From an uncultured Chloroflexia bacterium (lineage in GTDB: Bacteria > Chloroflexota > Ktedonobacteria > Ktedonobacterales > JADMIN01): a DNA stretch of 32,000 nt. The notes beneath the pieces are model-generated. The model had not been told where the DNA came from and made no database searches. It was given only the letters and a program-made list of their open reading frames with translations. Where the stretch lies: assembly GCA_963718915.1 (NCBI GenBank), contig CAVRAI010000003.1, positions 120,001-152,000 on the forward strand, given 5' to 3'. Shown here one piece after another: positions 16,207 through 24,245 of the stretch. Position 1 is the first letter of the stretch. Each line of letters opens with the position of its first letter. The position numbers and the translations under genes are program-made.

Positions 16207-17826
16207 ATGGAGTGGGATGACGACGAGTTCACCAGAGAGCCGCTCGATCCCGCGAAGCTGGCGCCACACAGTGACAGACACAGCGATGAAAGCAGCCCAG
16301 TGGACGAGCCGCTGCCCGACGACGAATTTACCAGGGAGCCGCTCGATCCCACGAAATCCGCGGGCGACAGAACGAAGCGATCCGCGCGTCGTGTGCTGTT
16401 GACCATCGGCGGCTGTGCGCTGCTGGCGGTCACGCTGCTTGCCAGCACCGGAACGGCGGGAAGTCTCTGGCGGCAGGCGCGGTTCGCCTGGCTCACACAT
16501 ACGGCGCCGACGCTGACACGCACGACACTGACGCCCCAGGCGCCGGGCCAGCGCACCTTGAGTGGCTGGAAGCAACAGGCGGTATTCTCACTCCCCAATC
16601 CCGATCTCCGCTGGGCCTCGCCCACACCGAACGACCCGAACACCTGGTATAGCTGTAGCGCGGCGACGACCGACGCGAAAGGCAACGAGGAAGACGGCCC
16701 ACTGATCTTCTGGTACACTCACGACGCTGGACAACACTGGCTGAGCGTCCGCGTGCCAGGGACAACAGCCACCTACTGCTCCGTGCTCGTCGCGCCGTAT
16801 GATCCGCAGCGACTGAGCCTGGTGAGCCAGCGCATGGGCCAGATGAGCCAACAAGCGATTGGCTGCTCCCAATTCACCGCCTATCTGAGCGCCGATGGTG
16901 GCGCGCACTGGCAAGTGGTTCCCTCGCTGCCCGAAGCGCCCATCCAGTCGAACCGATTCAATTTCTGCAGCCTCTCACTCTCGCCCGCGAGGCATCATCT
17001 GTACCTTTTCTACAATTACGCGATCTGTTCTGGCCCGCCTGGATGCAACACCCAGACGGCAGGCAGTTCGCTGGCGCGCAGCGATGACGGTGGCGAGAGC
17101 TGGAAGCGCCTGGACGAGAACCAGCCGCCGGAGAGCGATGGATATCCGCTACTGCTCGACGATGGCGAGACGCTGCTGCTCAACGTATTTCACTTTGATC
17201 CGCCTGCCAATGGCAATATCGAACACGGGGCAACACAGATCTGGATATCGCGTGACGCCGGGGATAGCTGGCAGCCATGGGGCAACATCCAGGGCCTGGC
17301 GGCGGGCCAGGTGGTGATGGACCCAGCAAATCGCCTACTAAAGCCTTCACTGGCCCGTCCACTGTATCTGCTCAGTGGAGCCGGAATACCATCGCGGCTC
17401 TATCGCATCCAGATTGCGCAGGTGACCGACATGCATCACTGGGCGCCGCTGCCGCCGTTGCCCATCGCGGGCGCCAGCCCTGAGCATCTCGGCATCACAA
17501 CGGTACTTACCGAGACGGCGTCGGGCAAGTTGCTCGTCTTCGGCCTCGGCCCAGACGACCACGTTCCTGCTGAGAATTCGCCTCAGACGTCCGACTCAAC
17601 GCCCACGCAACAGTGGCTCTGGGAATGGGATCCGCAGGCCAGCCGATGGACACTGCTCACCCCGGCGCTAGACGCGCCCTGGCCACAGTGCAGCGATCAC
17701 TGTTGGCCAGCCATGCTGACTCCGGCGCGAGGCGCGGGCGAGACAGGCGCGTACCTGACGGTCTGGCACGGCGCCGACAATGGGCAGGTCTCGCTGTTCG
17801 GGATTTCCCTGCCCGGTCTGGAATAA
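16207..17826 (+). CDS. Membrane-anchored BNR/Asp-box repeat (sialidase/Ycf48-like beta-propeller) protein
   Basis: ATG 16207 is preceded by GGAGGGG; the upstream ATG 16189 is an alternative. The acidic N-terminus carries two DDEFTREPLDP repeats. TM helix VLLTIGGCALLAVTLLASTG. Four Asp-box motifs (S/T-x-D-x-G-x-x-W): THDAGQHW, SADGGAHW, SDDGGESW, SRDAGDSW. Confidence 0.8.
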   Translation: MEWDDDEFTREPLDPAKLAPHSDRHSDESSPVDEPLPDDEFTREPLDPTKSAGDRTKRSARRVLLTIGGCALLAVTLLASTGTAGSLWRQARFAWLTHTAPTLTRTTLTPQAPGQRTLSGWKQQAVFSLPNPDLRWASPTPNDPNTWYSCSAATTDAKGNEEDGPLIFWYTHDAGQHWLSVRVPGTTATYCSVLVAPYDPQRLSLVSQRMGQMSQQAIGCSQFTAYLSADGGAHWQVVPSLPEAPIQSNRFNFCSLSLSPARHHLYLFYNYAICSGPPGCNTQTAGSSLARSDDGGESWKRLDENQPPESDGYPLLLDDGETLLLNVFHFDPPANGNIEHGATQIWISRDAGDSWQPWGNIQGLAAGQVVMDPANRLLKPSLARPLYLLSGAGIPSRLYRIQIAQVTDMHHWAPLPPLPIAGASPEHLGITTVLTETASGKLLVFGLGPDDHVPAENSPQTSDSTPTQQWLWEWDPQASRWTLLTPALDAPWPQCSDHCWPAMLTPARGAGETGAYLTVWHGADNGQVSLFGISLPGLE

Positions 17827-17845
17827 GCGTGTGATGTGGCGTCCG

Positions 17846-18766
17846 TTATTTCTGGCCAATCACGACATAAAACGGGGTGTAGCAGCGGCTCCGGCGCGCA
17901 TCGAACTCTTTGCGCATGCCGTCCAGCGTCCGGTCGAACTGCTCCTGGGTGGTGAGGCCCGCGCCGACGAGCAGGCCGGCGTAGCCTTTGCAGACGCCGA
18001 CGAAATCAGTGGCGACCATCATCCCCAGCCGCTCGCCCCACGCGCCAGTGCGCACATTCACGACGGACGCCGCGACATTCCGCAGCCCCGCCGCCCGCAT
18101 GAAATCGGCGACCCGGCTGCCATTCATCAAATCCACCTGACGGCGCGCCGACATCTGGGCAATCCAGGTCATCATCAGGCTGACGTTCGGGCCGCCATCG
18201 TGCAGACCGGTCGTCTCAACCGACTCCGCCCAGCCACCCGGCCGAGTTACCCGCGCCAGTTCGCTCACTGCCCGCGGCCAGCGGTCGCCGGGGATCGCCG
18301 TAAAGAGCAGCCGCAAATGCGTGAAGTCGAACATCCCATCGTCGAACGGGAGTCCTTCAAGGACGTTGCCTGGCACGAACGTATAATTCGCCGGGCGCAC
18401 GTCGACGCCATGTCCGGCCTGCTCATCCGCTGGTGGCGGGTTGACATCCACGCCACAGACGTTGGCGTGCGGGAACATCTGCGCCATCTCCATCGCCCAG
18501 CGTCCTGTTCCAGTGCCAACATCGAGGATGCTGCCAGGGTGTTGCAATGGCACGGCATAGAGTCCCCTGAGCGCGTACCGCAGCATGTAGTGCTGAAAGT
18601 CGAGCCGGTTGATTTCCTCCATGTCGCGTGGCAGGGCATAGGGCAGCCCCATGGTCCGCATGCGACCACCCATCAGAGCGACCGGTGTTCCTTCCTGAAG
18701 GGCCATCGCCTCGATCAGCCCTGCCTCCGCGGATTGTCCCTTGCGAAACCACCCAAACCATCGCAT
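17846..18766 (-). CDS. Class I SAM-dependent methyltransferase
   Basis: SD AAGGAGAG lies 6 nt before ATG 18766. SAM-binding motif I is ILDVGTGTGRWAMEMAQMFPHANVCGVDVN. Confidence 0.85.
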   Translation of the reverse strand: MRWFGWFRKGQSAEAGLIEAMALQEGTPVALMGGRMRTMGLPYALPRDMEEINRLDFQHYMLRYALRGLYAVPLQHPGSILDVGTGTGRWAMEMAQMFPHANVCGVDVNPPPADEQAGHGVDVRPANYTFVPGNVLEGLPFDDGMFDFTHLRLLFTAIPGDRWPRAVSELARVTRPGGWAESVETTGLHDGGPNVSLMMTWIAQMSARRQVDLMNGSRVADFMRAAGLRNVAASVVNVRTGAWGERLGMMVATDFVGVCKGYAGLLVGAGLTTQEQFDRTLDGMRKEFDARRSRCYTPFYVVIGQK

Positions 18767-18865
18767 GCCGGTCTCTCCTTATACTCTTCGTCAACTCGTT
18801 ACGATGCGCGATGCGCGACTCATGACAACACGCTGCGCTACTGATCGCCTGACGCTGGCGTCAGG

Positions 18866-19072
18866 TCAGACCAGATAGAACGGGATATTGGGAAAGAACT
18901 GCTCCGGGGTATAGCCCGGCGGCAGCTCGAGAACTACGAGCACCATACCCACCCGCGTTGGCGGCGCAATCGCCACACGCCCGCCGACGCGCTCCACGTC
19001 GGGTTTGCGCGCCTGCACGTTCGCGACGTTCTGGGGGCTGGCGATCAACGCCTGATACTGGATTAGCTTCAT
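18866..19072 (-). CDS. Small hypothetical protein (68 aa)
   Basis: The ORF has reasonable codon G/C3 and only a weak SD. No recognisable family. Confidence 0.4.
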   Translation of the reverse strand: MKLIQYQALIASPQNVANVQARKPDVERVGGRVAIAPPTRVGMVLVVLELPPGYTPEQFFPNIPFYLV

Positions 19073-19387
19073 CCGTGGTCACGTCCTGTTTTCCTATCGT
19101 TTTCCTCTCACCAGGCGGGGAATGTGGCTGTAGCTCACTGTGTCCACCTTGACGCCATACACCGCGACCATCCAGTCGATGGAAAGCAAGACGAAGCGGG
19201 TCTCCACTGTGGATTATCAAGCGGATGCAGCGCCCGCGCAATCAGAACTAATGCTGACTCGCCCGTCATGTATGACACTGCCTGCTGGTTAATCATGAAA
19301 AGCATACACCCGGCGTCAAGAGACTAGCGCTCCTCGACTGCCCAGGTATAATGAGGTCGGCGCATACCTATTACCGCGAGGAGCGCT

Positions 19388-19918
19388 TTGAGCGACTGGG
19401 GGTATCACGCGATGTCACTGGCATCACTGGCAACGCTACTCGCGCCCACCAACCGGGCTCACCCCAATCTCTGCGACTATGGCGACTCGTTCTTCTTCTT
19501 TGTCCCCGGCGACTCTGGCAATCCCTTCGCCGCTGTCTGGCAGGCGGATCTTGTGCTGGCTGCGGTGTTGCTTGTGGCTGGGATGCTATTGCTGGGGCTG
19601 GGCAGAGTCGGCCGATGGCAGGGGATAGCCCGGCGCATGCGCTGGGTTTACATCGGCGGAGCGGCTGCAAGCGCGCTGCTGGCTGTCGCCACGCTCGCGC
19701 TGACACGTCCGCTCGCCTGTTACGGCGCGCCTGGGGCGGGATCGCCATCGAGCGCTGACCAGCGGGCCTATCAGGTGTTTCAGTCCGTGCAATTGCTCAG
19801 CGGTCTCATGGTCTATCTGACGCTGCTGCTCCTGATCGTCTTCGTCATCGTCCTCATTGCACTCGGAGCGCGGGCAGTCTGGCGCCTCATTCGCGGAAAC
19901 GCGCCAGCGGACGCCTAA
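19388..19918 (+). CDS. Hypothetical integral membrane protein
   Basis: The start is TTG 19388 or ATG 19412. There are at least three hydrophobic helices (LVLAAVLLVAGMLLLGL, WVYIGGAAASALLAVATLAL, LMVYLTLLLLIVFVIVLIAL). Confidence 0.6.
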   Translation: MSDWGYHAMSLASLATLLAPTNRAHPNLCDYGDSFFFFVPGDSGNPFAAVWQADLVLAAVLLVAGMLLLGLGRVGRWQGIARRMRWVYIGGAAASALLAVATLALTRPLACYGAPGAGSPSSADQRAYQVFQSVQLLSGLMVYLTLLLLIVFVIVLIALGARAVWRLIRGNAPADA

Positions 19919-19937
19919 CCGTGCGATATGTCGCGAG

Positions 19938-20789
19938 CTACCGGTGGCGCAGCAGGAAGTCGAGCGCGACCTCGCGCATCAGCGGCGTGATGGCGTGATC
20001 GAGGTGCGGCAGAATGCTCAGTTCGCCGTGGGGCAGCGTCCGGTAGGCGGCGACGCCTTCCTCCGGCGTGCAGTAGTAGTCGCGGTCGCCCACCAGCACC
20101 AGCGTCGGGATGTCAATCGTTGCCCAGTCGGCGATGGTGTACTCCATTGGCTGCGTCCACATCGGGAAGATATCGCGCAGCAGCGACCGCCACGCGCCCT
20201 CGCCCTGCGCCTCGTCTACGTCGCGCACCATTCGCTGGAACCACTCCTGGTCACTGCTCTTGCTGGCGAAGTAGTCGGGGTCGGCCTCGGTGGCGTCGGG
20301 ACTGCCACCCATGCGCCGCCGCAGCCGTGTGAAGCCGTGCGCCTGGGGATTGAAGACATCGTAGCCCGCAATGTTGACCAGCGCCCGCGCGATGCCTGGA
20401 TGGCGAATCGCCATGACAGTACCGGAAATCGCCCCATCGCTGAAGCCGCAGACCAGCGGACGCTCCAGCCCCAGCGTGGCGATCAGCGCGGCCCAGTCGT
20501 CCGCCAGCAGCGGATAGCTCATCGGCGTCCCATCGTTGCGCGTTGAGCCGTGGGCGCGGGTATGCGGCGCGATGACACGGAAGTGGCGGACGAGCGTGGG
20601 CAGGTGATCGATCCAGCCCCACTCGTGCCCGGCCCAGACCGCGCTGGTGGAGGCCATGCCACCGTGCAGCAGCAAAAGTGGATCGCCCGCGCCCGCCTCC
20701 AGATAGTGAATGCGTAGCCCGTTCGCCTCGACATCATGTTCAGTAAAAGCAATCTGCAGCTCATCAGATCGTTTGTACGTCGGATGCAT
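19938..20789 (-). CDS. Alpha/beta-fold hydrolase
   Basis: The oxyanion-region motif is LLLLHGG and the nucleophile elbow is GFSDGA. ATG 20789 has SD GAGG at 6 nt; the upstream ATG 20801 lacks an SD. Confidence 0.85.
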   Translation of the reverse strand: MHPTYKRSDELQIAFTEHDVEANGLRIHYLEAGAGDPLLLLHGGMASTSAVWAGHEWGWIDHLPTLVRHFRVIAPHTRAHGSTRNDGTPMSYPLLADDWAALIATLGLERPLVCGFSDGAISGTVMAIRHPGIARALVNIAGYDVFNPQAHGFTRLRRRMGGSPDATEADPDYFASKSSDQEWFQRMVRDVDEAQGEGAWRSLLRDIFPMWTQPMEYTIADWATIDIPTLVLVGDRDYYCTPEEGVAAYRTLPHGELSILPHLDHAITPLMREVALDFLLRHR

Positions 20790-20834
20790 GGCTTGCCTCA
20801 TTTACGAACAGATTGAGAACGCCCCGGATCGCGG

Positions 20835-20858
20835 CCCCTCCCCTCGCGAGGGGAGGGG
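20835..20858 (-). terminator. Perfect 24-bp GC-rich palindrome just downstream of the aminotransferase stop; possible terminator without a U-tract
   Basis: CCCCTCCCCTCG | CGAGGGGAGGGG, read directly. No U-run follows on the minus-strand RNA, so terminator function is uncertain. Confidence 0.35.
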
Positions 20859-20875
20859 GTAGGGGGAGAGGTCCG

Positions 20876-22348
20876 CTACCTCACCTCGTCCAGCAGCTGC
20901 GCCACCGTCTTATCGAGGAAGGTGCGCGCGAAGGCGACGCAGGTATAGACATCGGCGAAGGTGGTCGCCAGCCCAACGGAGATGCGCACCGCGCCCGTGC
21001 TCTTATCGTCGATGCAGCGGCGAAATTCGTCGAGCGTCAGCCGGTCATGGCGCACGAAGCATGAGGTCAGCTCATCCGCCGAGATGCCTAGCGCCAGTTC
21101 ACCATCGCCTGGATTGCAGAAGCAGCCCGTGCGGAGCGAGATACGCGCCGCATTCGCCCGCTGCTCCACCAGCCGGTGATCGATGAAATGGCCGTCGCGG
21201 TCGTAGAAATTGAGCGTCACGGTTCCACCGCGCATCTCTGCATCGACCGGGCCATAGATACTCACCAGCGGCACGCCCGTCGGATGCGCCAGCGCGGCCA
21301 GTTCGCGCAGCAGCCAGCCAGTCAGACTCATCACGCGCGTGTGGATCGTGTCCACGCCAATCTGCTGGATGTGGGCCAGGCCAATCTCCACCGCGGGCAG
21401 CGAGAGATAGTTCAGCGTGCCATCCTCGAAGGCCTCCGGGCCATCGGCGAAATAATACTTGTCGCCCTGCACCGAGGCAACGGTGATAGTGCCGCCCGCG
21501 AACCAGGGCCGTCGCAGCTTCGCCAGCGCCACTTTGCGCGCAAGCAGGCAGCCAACGCCAGTCGGATAGCCAAACATCTTGTAGAACGAGATCGGCACGA
21601 AGTCGGGATGCCACTGGCTGAGGTCGAGCGTGTTGCTGGGGACGAACGCCGCCGCGTCCAGCAGCACATCCCAGCCCAGCGCCTGCGCGCGTGGAATCCA
21701 GTCGAGCGCGTGTTGCACGCCGGAGAAATTCGACTGCGCTGGATAGGCGAACAGGTTGTGGCCGTCGGGGCGTGCCTCGGCCAGATGCGCGGCCAGCGCC
21801 TCGGCGTCGATCCGCATATCTGGCGGCAGGACAGGCGTATAGGTGACGCTTGCCCCGGCGGCGCAGGCGAACTCACGAATACCGTTCACCGAGTTGTGGT
21901 TGTCGAAGGTCAGCAGGTAGCGGTCGTCCGCCTCGAAGGGGTATGACTCGCCGACCAGCTTGAGCGCGCCGCTGGCGTTGGTGGCGAAGATCACTTCATA
22001 CTCGTCGGGCGAGGCGTTGAAGAAGGCGAGGATGGCCACGCGCGTCGCCTCGACGTGGTGGGTGGACGCCATCGAGGTCGGGTTGCTGGAATGCGGATTG
22101 CCAAAGACACTCTCGCGCAGTAGATCCAGATGCGCGCGTACCTGCGAATCGGCGTAGAGGCCGCCACCCGTGTAATCCAGATAGATGTGTCCCGACTGGT
22201 CAAGTCGTCCATACTCAGTGGCGCGTAGCTCGTCCAGATGGCTGGTCGTCTCATACGCGGGCGTCTCATGGCGGAAGGCGGCTTCGGCCTCCGCCAGCGA
22301 TTGCGGCATCCCCATTGATGGCTGCGAAACGTCGTGCGTAGCGGACAT
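20876..22348 (-). CDS. Class-V aminotransferase-fold PLP enzyme (cysteine desulfurase / molybdenum-cofactor-sulfurase-like N-terminal domain type)
   Basis: SD GGAGG lies 5 nt before ATG 22348. YLDYTGGGLYADSQV, FGNPHSSNPTS and ISFYKMFGYPTGVGCLLARK resemble the MOCOS/ABA3-type class-V fold. Confidence 0.8.
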   Translation of the reverse strand: MSATHDVSQPSMGMPQSLAEAEAAFRHETPAYETTSHLDELRATEYGRLDQSGHIYLDYTGGGLYADSQVRAHLDLLRESVFGNPHSSNPTSMASTHHVEATRVAILAFFNASPDEYEVIFATNASGALKLVGESYPFEADDRYLLTFDNHNSVNGIREFACAAGASVTYTPVLPPDMRIDAEALAAHLAEARPDGHNLFAYPAQSNFSGVQHALDWIPRAQALGWDVLLDAAAFVPSNTLDLSQWHPDFVPISFYKMFGYPTGVGCLLARKVALAKLRRPWFAGGTITVASVQGDKYYFADGPEAFEDGTLNYLSLPAVEIGLAHIQQIGVDTIHTRVMSLTGWLLRELAALAHPTGVPLVSIYGPVDAEMRGGTVTLNFYDRDGHFIDHRLVEQRANAARISLRTGCFCNPGDGELALGISADELTSCFVRHDRLTLDEFRRCIDDKSTGAVRISVGLATTFADVYTCVAFARTFLDKTVAQLLDEVR

Positions 22349-22364
22349 AATTCCTCCGTGGGTT

Positions 22365-23075
22365 CTAACTGGCGACCACCTGGCGCTCGGCCAGCGCGGC
22401 GATGATCGAACTAAAGATCAGCCGCCCGTCTTCGCCGCCAAGGATCGCCTCGGTACAGCGCTCCGGGTGCGGCATCATCGCGGCGACATTGCGCTTCATG
22501 TTGACGATTCCAGCGATATTACGCCGCGACCCGTTGGGGTTGGCCTCTTGTGTTGTATTGCCCTGCGCGTCACAGTAGCGCAGCAGCACGCTGTTGTTCG
22601 CTTCCAGCCGGTCAAGTGTCTCCTCGTCGGCGAAGTAGTTGCCCTCGCCATGCGAGATGGGGATGCGGATCACCTGGCCGGGACGACAGAGCCGCGTGAA
22701 CGGCGTATCGTTATTCTCGACGCGCAGGTGTGTCCAGACACAGCGGAATTCGAGGCTCTCATTGCGCAGCATCGCGCCGGGGAGCAGCCCCGCCTCCAGC
22801 AGTATCTGGAAGCCGTTGCAGATGCCCAGGACGATGCCGCCACGGTCGGCGAACGCTTTGATGGCGCCCATGACTGGCGCGAAACGGGCGATGGCCCCCG
22901 CGCGCAGGTAGTCGCCATAGGAGAAGCCGCCCGGCAGGATGATGGCGTCGCACCCCTTCAGGTCGGTATCCTGGTGCCAGATAGAGACGGCCTCCTGCCC
23001 GAGCACGGGGCCAAGCGCTCTTTCGCAGTCTTTGTCGCTCCATGTGCCCGGAAAGACCACTACGCCAAATTTCAT
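22365..23075 (-). CDS. purQ: Phosphoribosylformylglycinamidine synthase, glutamine amidotransferase subunit PurQ
   Basis: [11 protein letters not shown]..., [18 protein letters not shown], catalytic-Cys block [17 protein letters not shown] and the C-terminal HGEGNY and MMPHPER blocks. Confidence 0.93.
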   Translation of the reverse strand: MKFGVVVFPGTWSDKDCERALGPVLGQEAVSIWHQDTDLKGCDAIILPGGFSYGDYLRAGAIARFAPVMGAIKAFADRGGIVLGICNGFQILLEAGLLPGAMLRNESLEFRCVWTHLRVENNDTPFTRLCRPGQVIRIPISHGEGNYFADEETLDRLEANNSVLLRYCDAQGNTTQEANPNGSRRNIAGIVNMKRNVAAMMPHPERCTEAILGGEDGRLIFSSIIAALAERQVVAS

Positions 23076-23236
23076 GATGCAGCCCTCGTTATTGCCTGTC
23101 CACAGAACGCGTCCTTTGGACGCGCGCCGCAGGCTGAAGCCCTGCGGCTAATCCTGTCCGTTGAGAACTCCCTTGAAGGGAAGAGATACGCTCGCCGCGC
23201 AATTAACCGCGGCATGATGAACGTTACCTTATTCCT

Positions 23237-23354
23237 CCGAACACTGCGCGTCGTGGCGGGCACGGCAGACCGTAGCGTAAACGCTACGGCGAATTTCCCG
23301 CCTCCCACACTCCGGCGCACTCTGGCCCATTCGCCGGGGCATTCATGCTCCGGC
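23237..23354 (+). repeat. Hairpin-rich intergenic repeat, family 2, copy A
   Basis: CCGAACACTGCGCGTCGTGGCGGGCACGGCAGACCGTAGCGTAAACGCTACGGCGAATTTCC...CCATTCGCCGGGGCATTCATGCTCCGGC aligns with 28947-29039. Copy A carries a ~26-nt insertion. The core hairpin is CCGTAGC-N6-GCTACGG. Confidence 0.8.
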
Positions 23355-23421
23355 TCGCGCACCTTATCACACCGTTCGGGATACATTCGTAACGTTCATC
23401 ATGCCGCGAAACGCCTATATA

Positions 23422-23844
23422 TCACCCTTCGACCCATTCTTCGCCATCTTCGGCATACTCTTTTTTCCAGATGGGCACGGTTGTCTTGAGTGTATCAATC
23501 GCATAACGGCAGGCCTCGAACGCCTCGGCGCGATGCGGACACGCGACCACAACGACGACGCTACACTCGCCGATCTCCAGCCGCCCGAGACGATGCACGA
23601 TGGCGACGTGATCGGTCTGCCAGCGCTCTTCCACCTCGGCGGCGATTGCGGCCATCCGCTCCTCGGCCATCTCCGGGTAGGCGTCGTATTCGAGGTAGCG
23701 GATACGCTTGCCGCGCGCGTGATCGCGCACGACGCCCTCGAATGTTACCACGCCGCCATCGCTGGCATACGTCGCCTCGCCCACCAGCGCCCGAACCACT
23801 GCGTCATCCAGCGGGTCACGCGTCATCTTGACCACTGCCGCCAT
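23422..23844 (-). CDS. moaE: Molybdopterin synthase catalytic subunit MoaE
   Basis: GGVVTFEGVVRDHARGKRIRYLEYDAYPEMAE...HVAIVHRLGRLEIGECSVVVVVACPHRAEAFEACRYAIDTLKTTVPIWKKE. ATG 23844 lies 2 nt after the moaD stop. Confidence 0.9.
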   Translation of the reverse strand: MAAVVKMTRDPLDDAVVRALVGEATYASDGGVVTFEGVVRDHARGKRIRYLEYDAYPEMAEERMAAIAAEVEERWQTDHVAIVHRLGRLEIGECSVVVVVACPHRAEAFEACRYAIDTLKTTVPIWKKEYAEDGEEWVEG

Positions 23845-23846
23845 CG

Positions 23847-24098
23847 TTATCCACCTCCCACCGGGGGAATGAAGACCAACTCGTCGCCATCGTGCAACGG
23901 GGCGTCCGCCGCAACATAGGCGCGGTTGACGGCCACGGCGCACGGCGGCAGCAGCTGCGCCAGCGCGGGATAGCGCTCGCCGAGCAGCGCACGCACATCG
24001 GCGGCGGTGGCAGTCGCGCCATCGGGCAGGTCGAGCGTCTCGCCCTCAATTTTCGTCGCCTCGCGCAGCCCCGCGAAGTAGCGTATCCGCACCTGCAT
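23847..24098 (-). CDS. moaD: Molybdopterin synthase sulfur-carrier subunit MoaD
   Basis: MQVRIRYFAGLREA...DGDELVFIPPVGGG ends in the C-terminal Gly-Gly. The gene is directly upstream of moaE. Confidence 0.85.
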   Translation of the reverse strand: MQVRIRYFAGLREATKIEGETLDLPDGATATAADVRALLGERYPALAQLLPPCAVAVNRAYVAADAPLHDGDELVFIPPVGGG

Positions 24099-24190
24099 GA
24101 GTATGCATCCCTTTATCAATGATCCAGGTCAGTACATGGGTATTCTATCAGAATCTGGGGCCATACAGATAGCAGGCGACTCTGCCCGAC

Positions 24191-24222
24191 GAAAACGCCC
24201 CTCTCCGAAACTGAAGAGGGGC
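24191..24222 (-). terminator. Rho-independent terminator after pepA
   Basis: The minus-strand RNA reads GCCCCUCU-UCAGUUUCGG-AGAGGGGC followed by GUUUUCGUC. It begins 24 nt after the pepA stop. Confidence 0.6.
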
Positions 24223-24245
24223 ATTGTCGCGAGAGGGTTAGCGCG

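Noticed and set aside
24099-24245. Possible Moco riboswitch upstream of moaD.
   Set aside because: Most of the 147-bp gap is taken by the pepA terminator. Only about 40 nt remain between a plausible extended -10 (TGATAGAAT) and the moaD ATG, too short for the ~130-nt Moco RNA motif, and I saw no matching conserved core.
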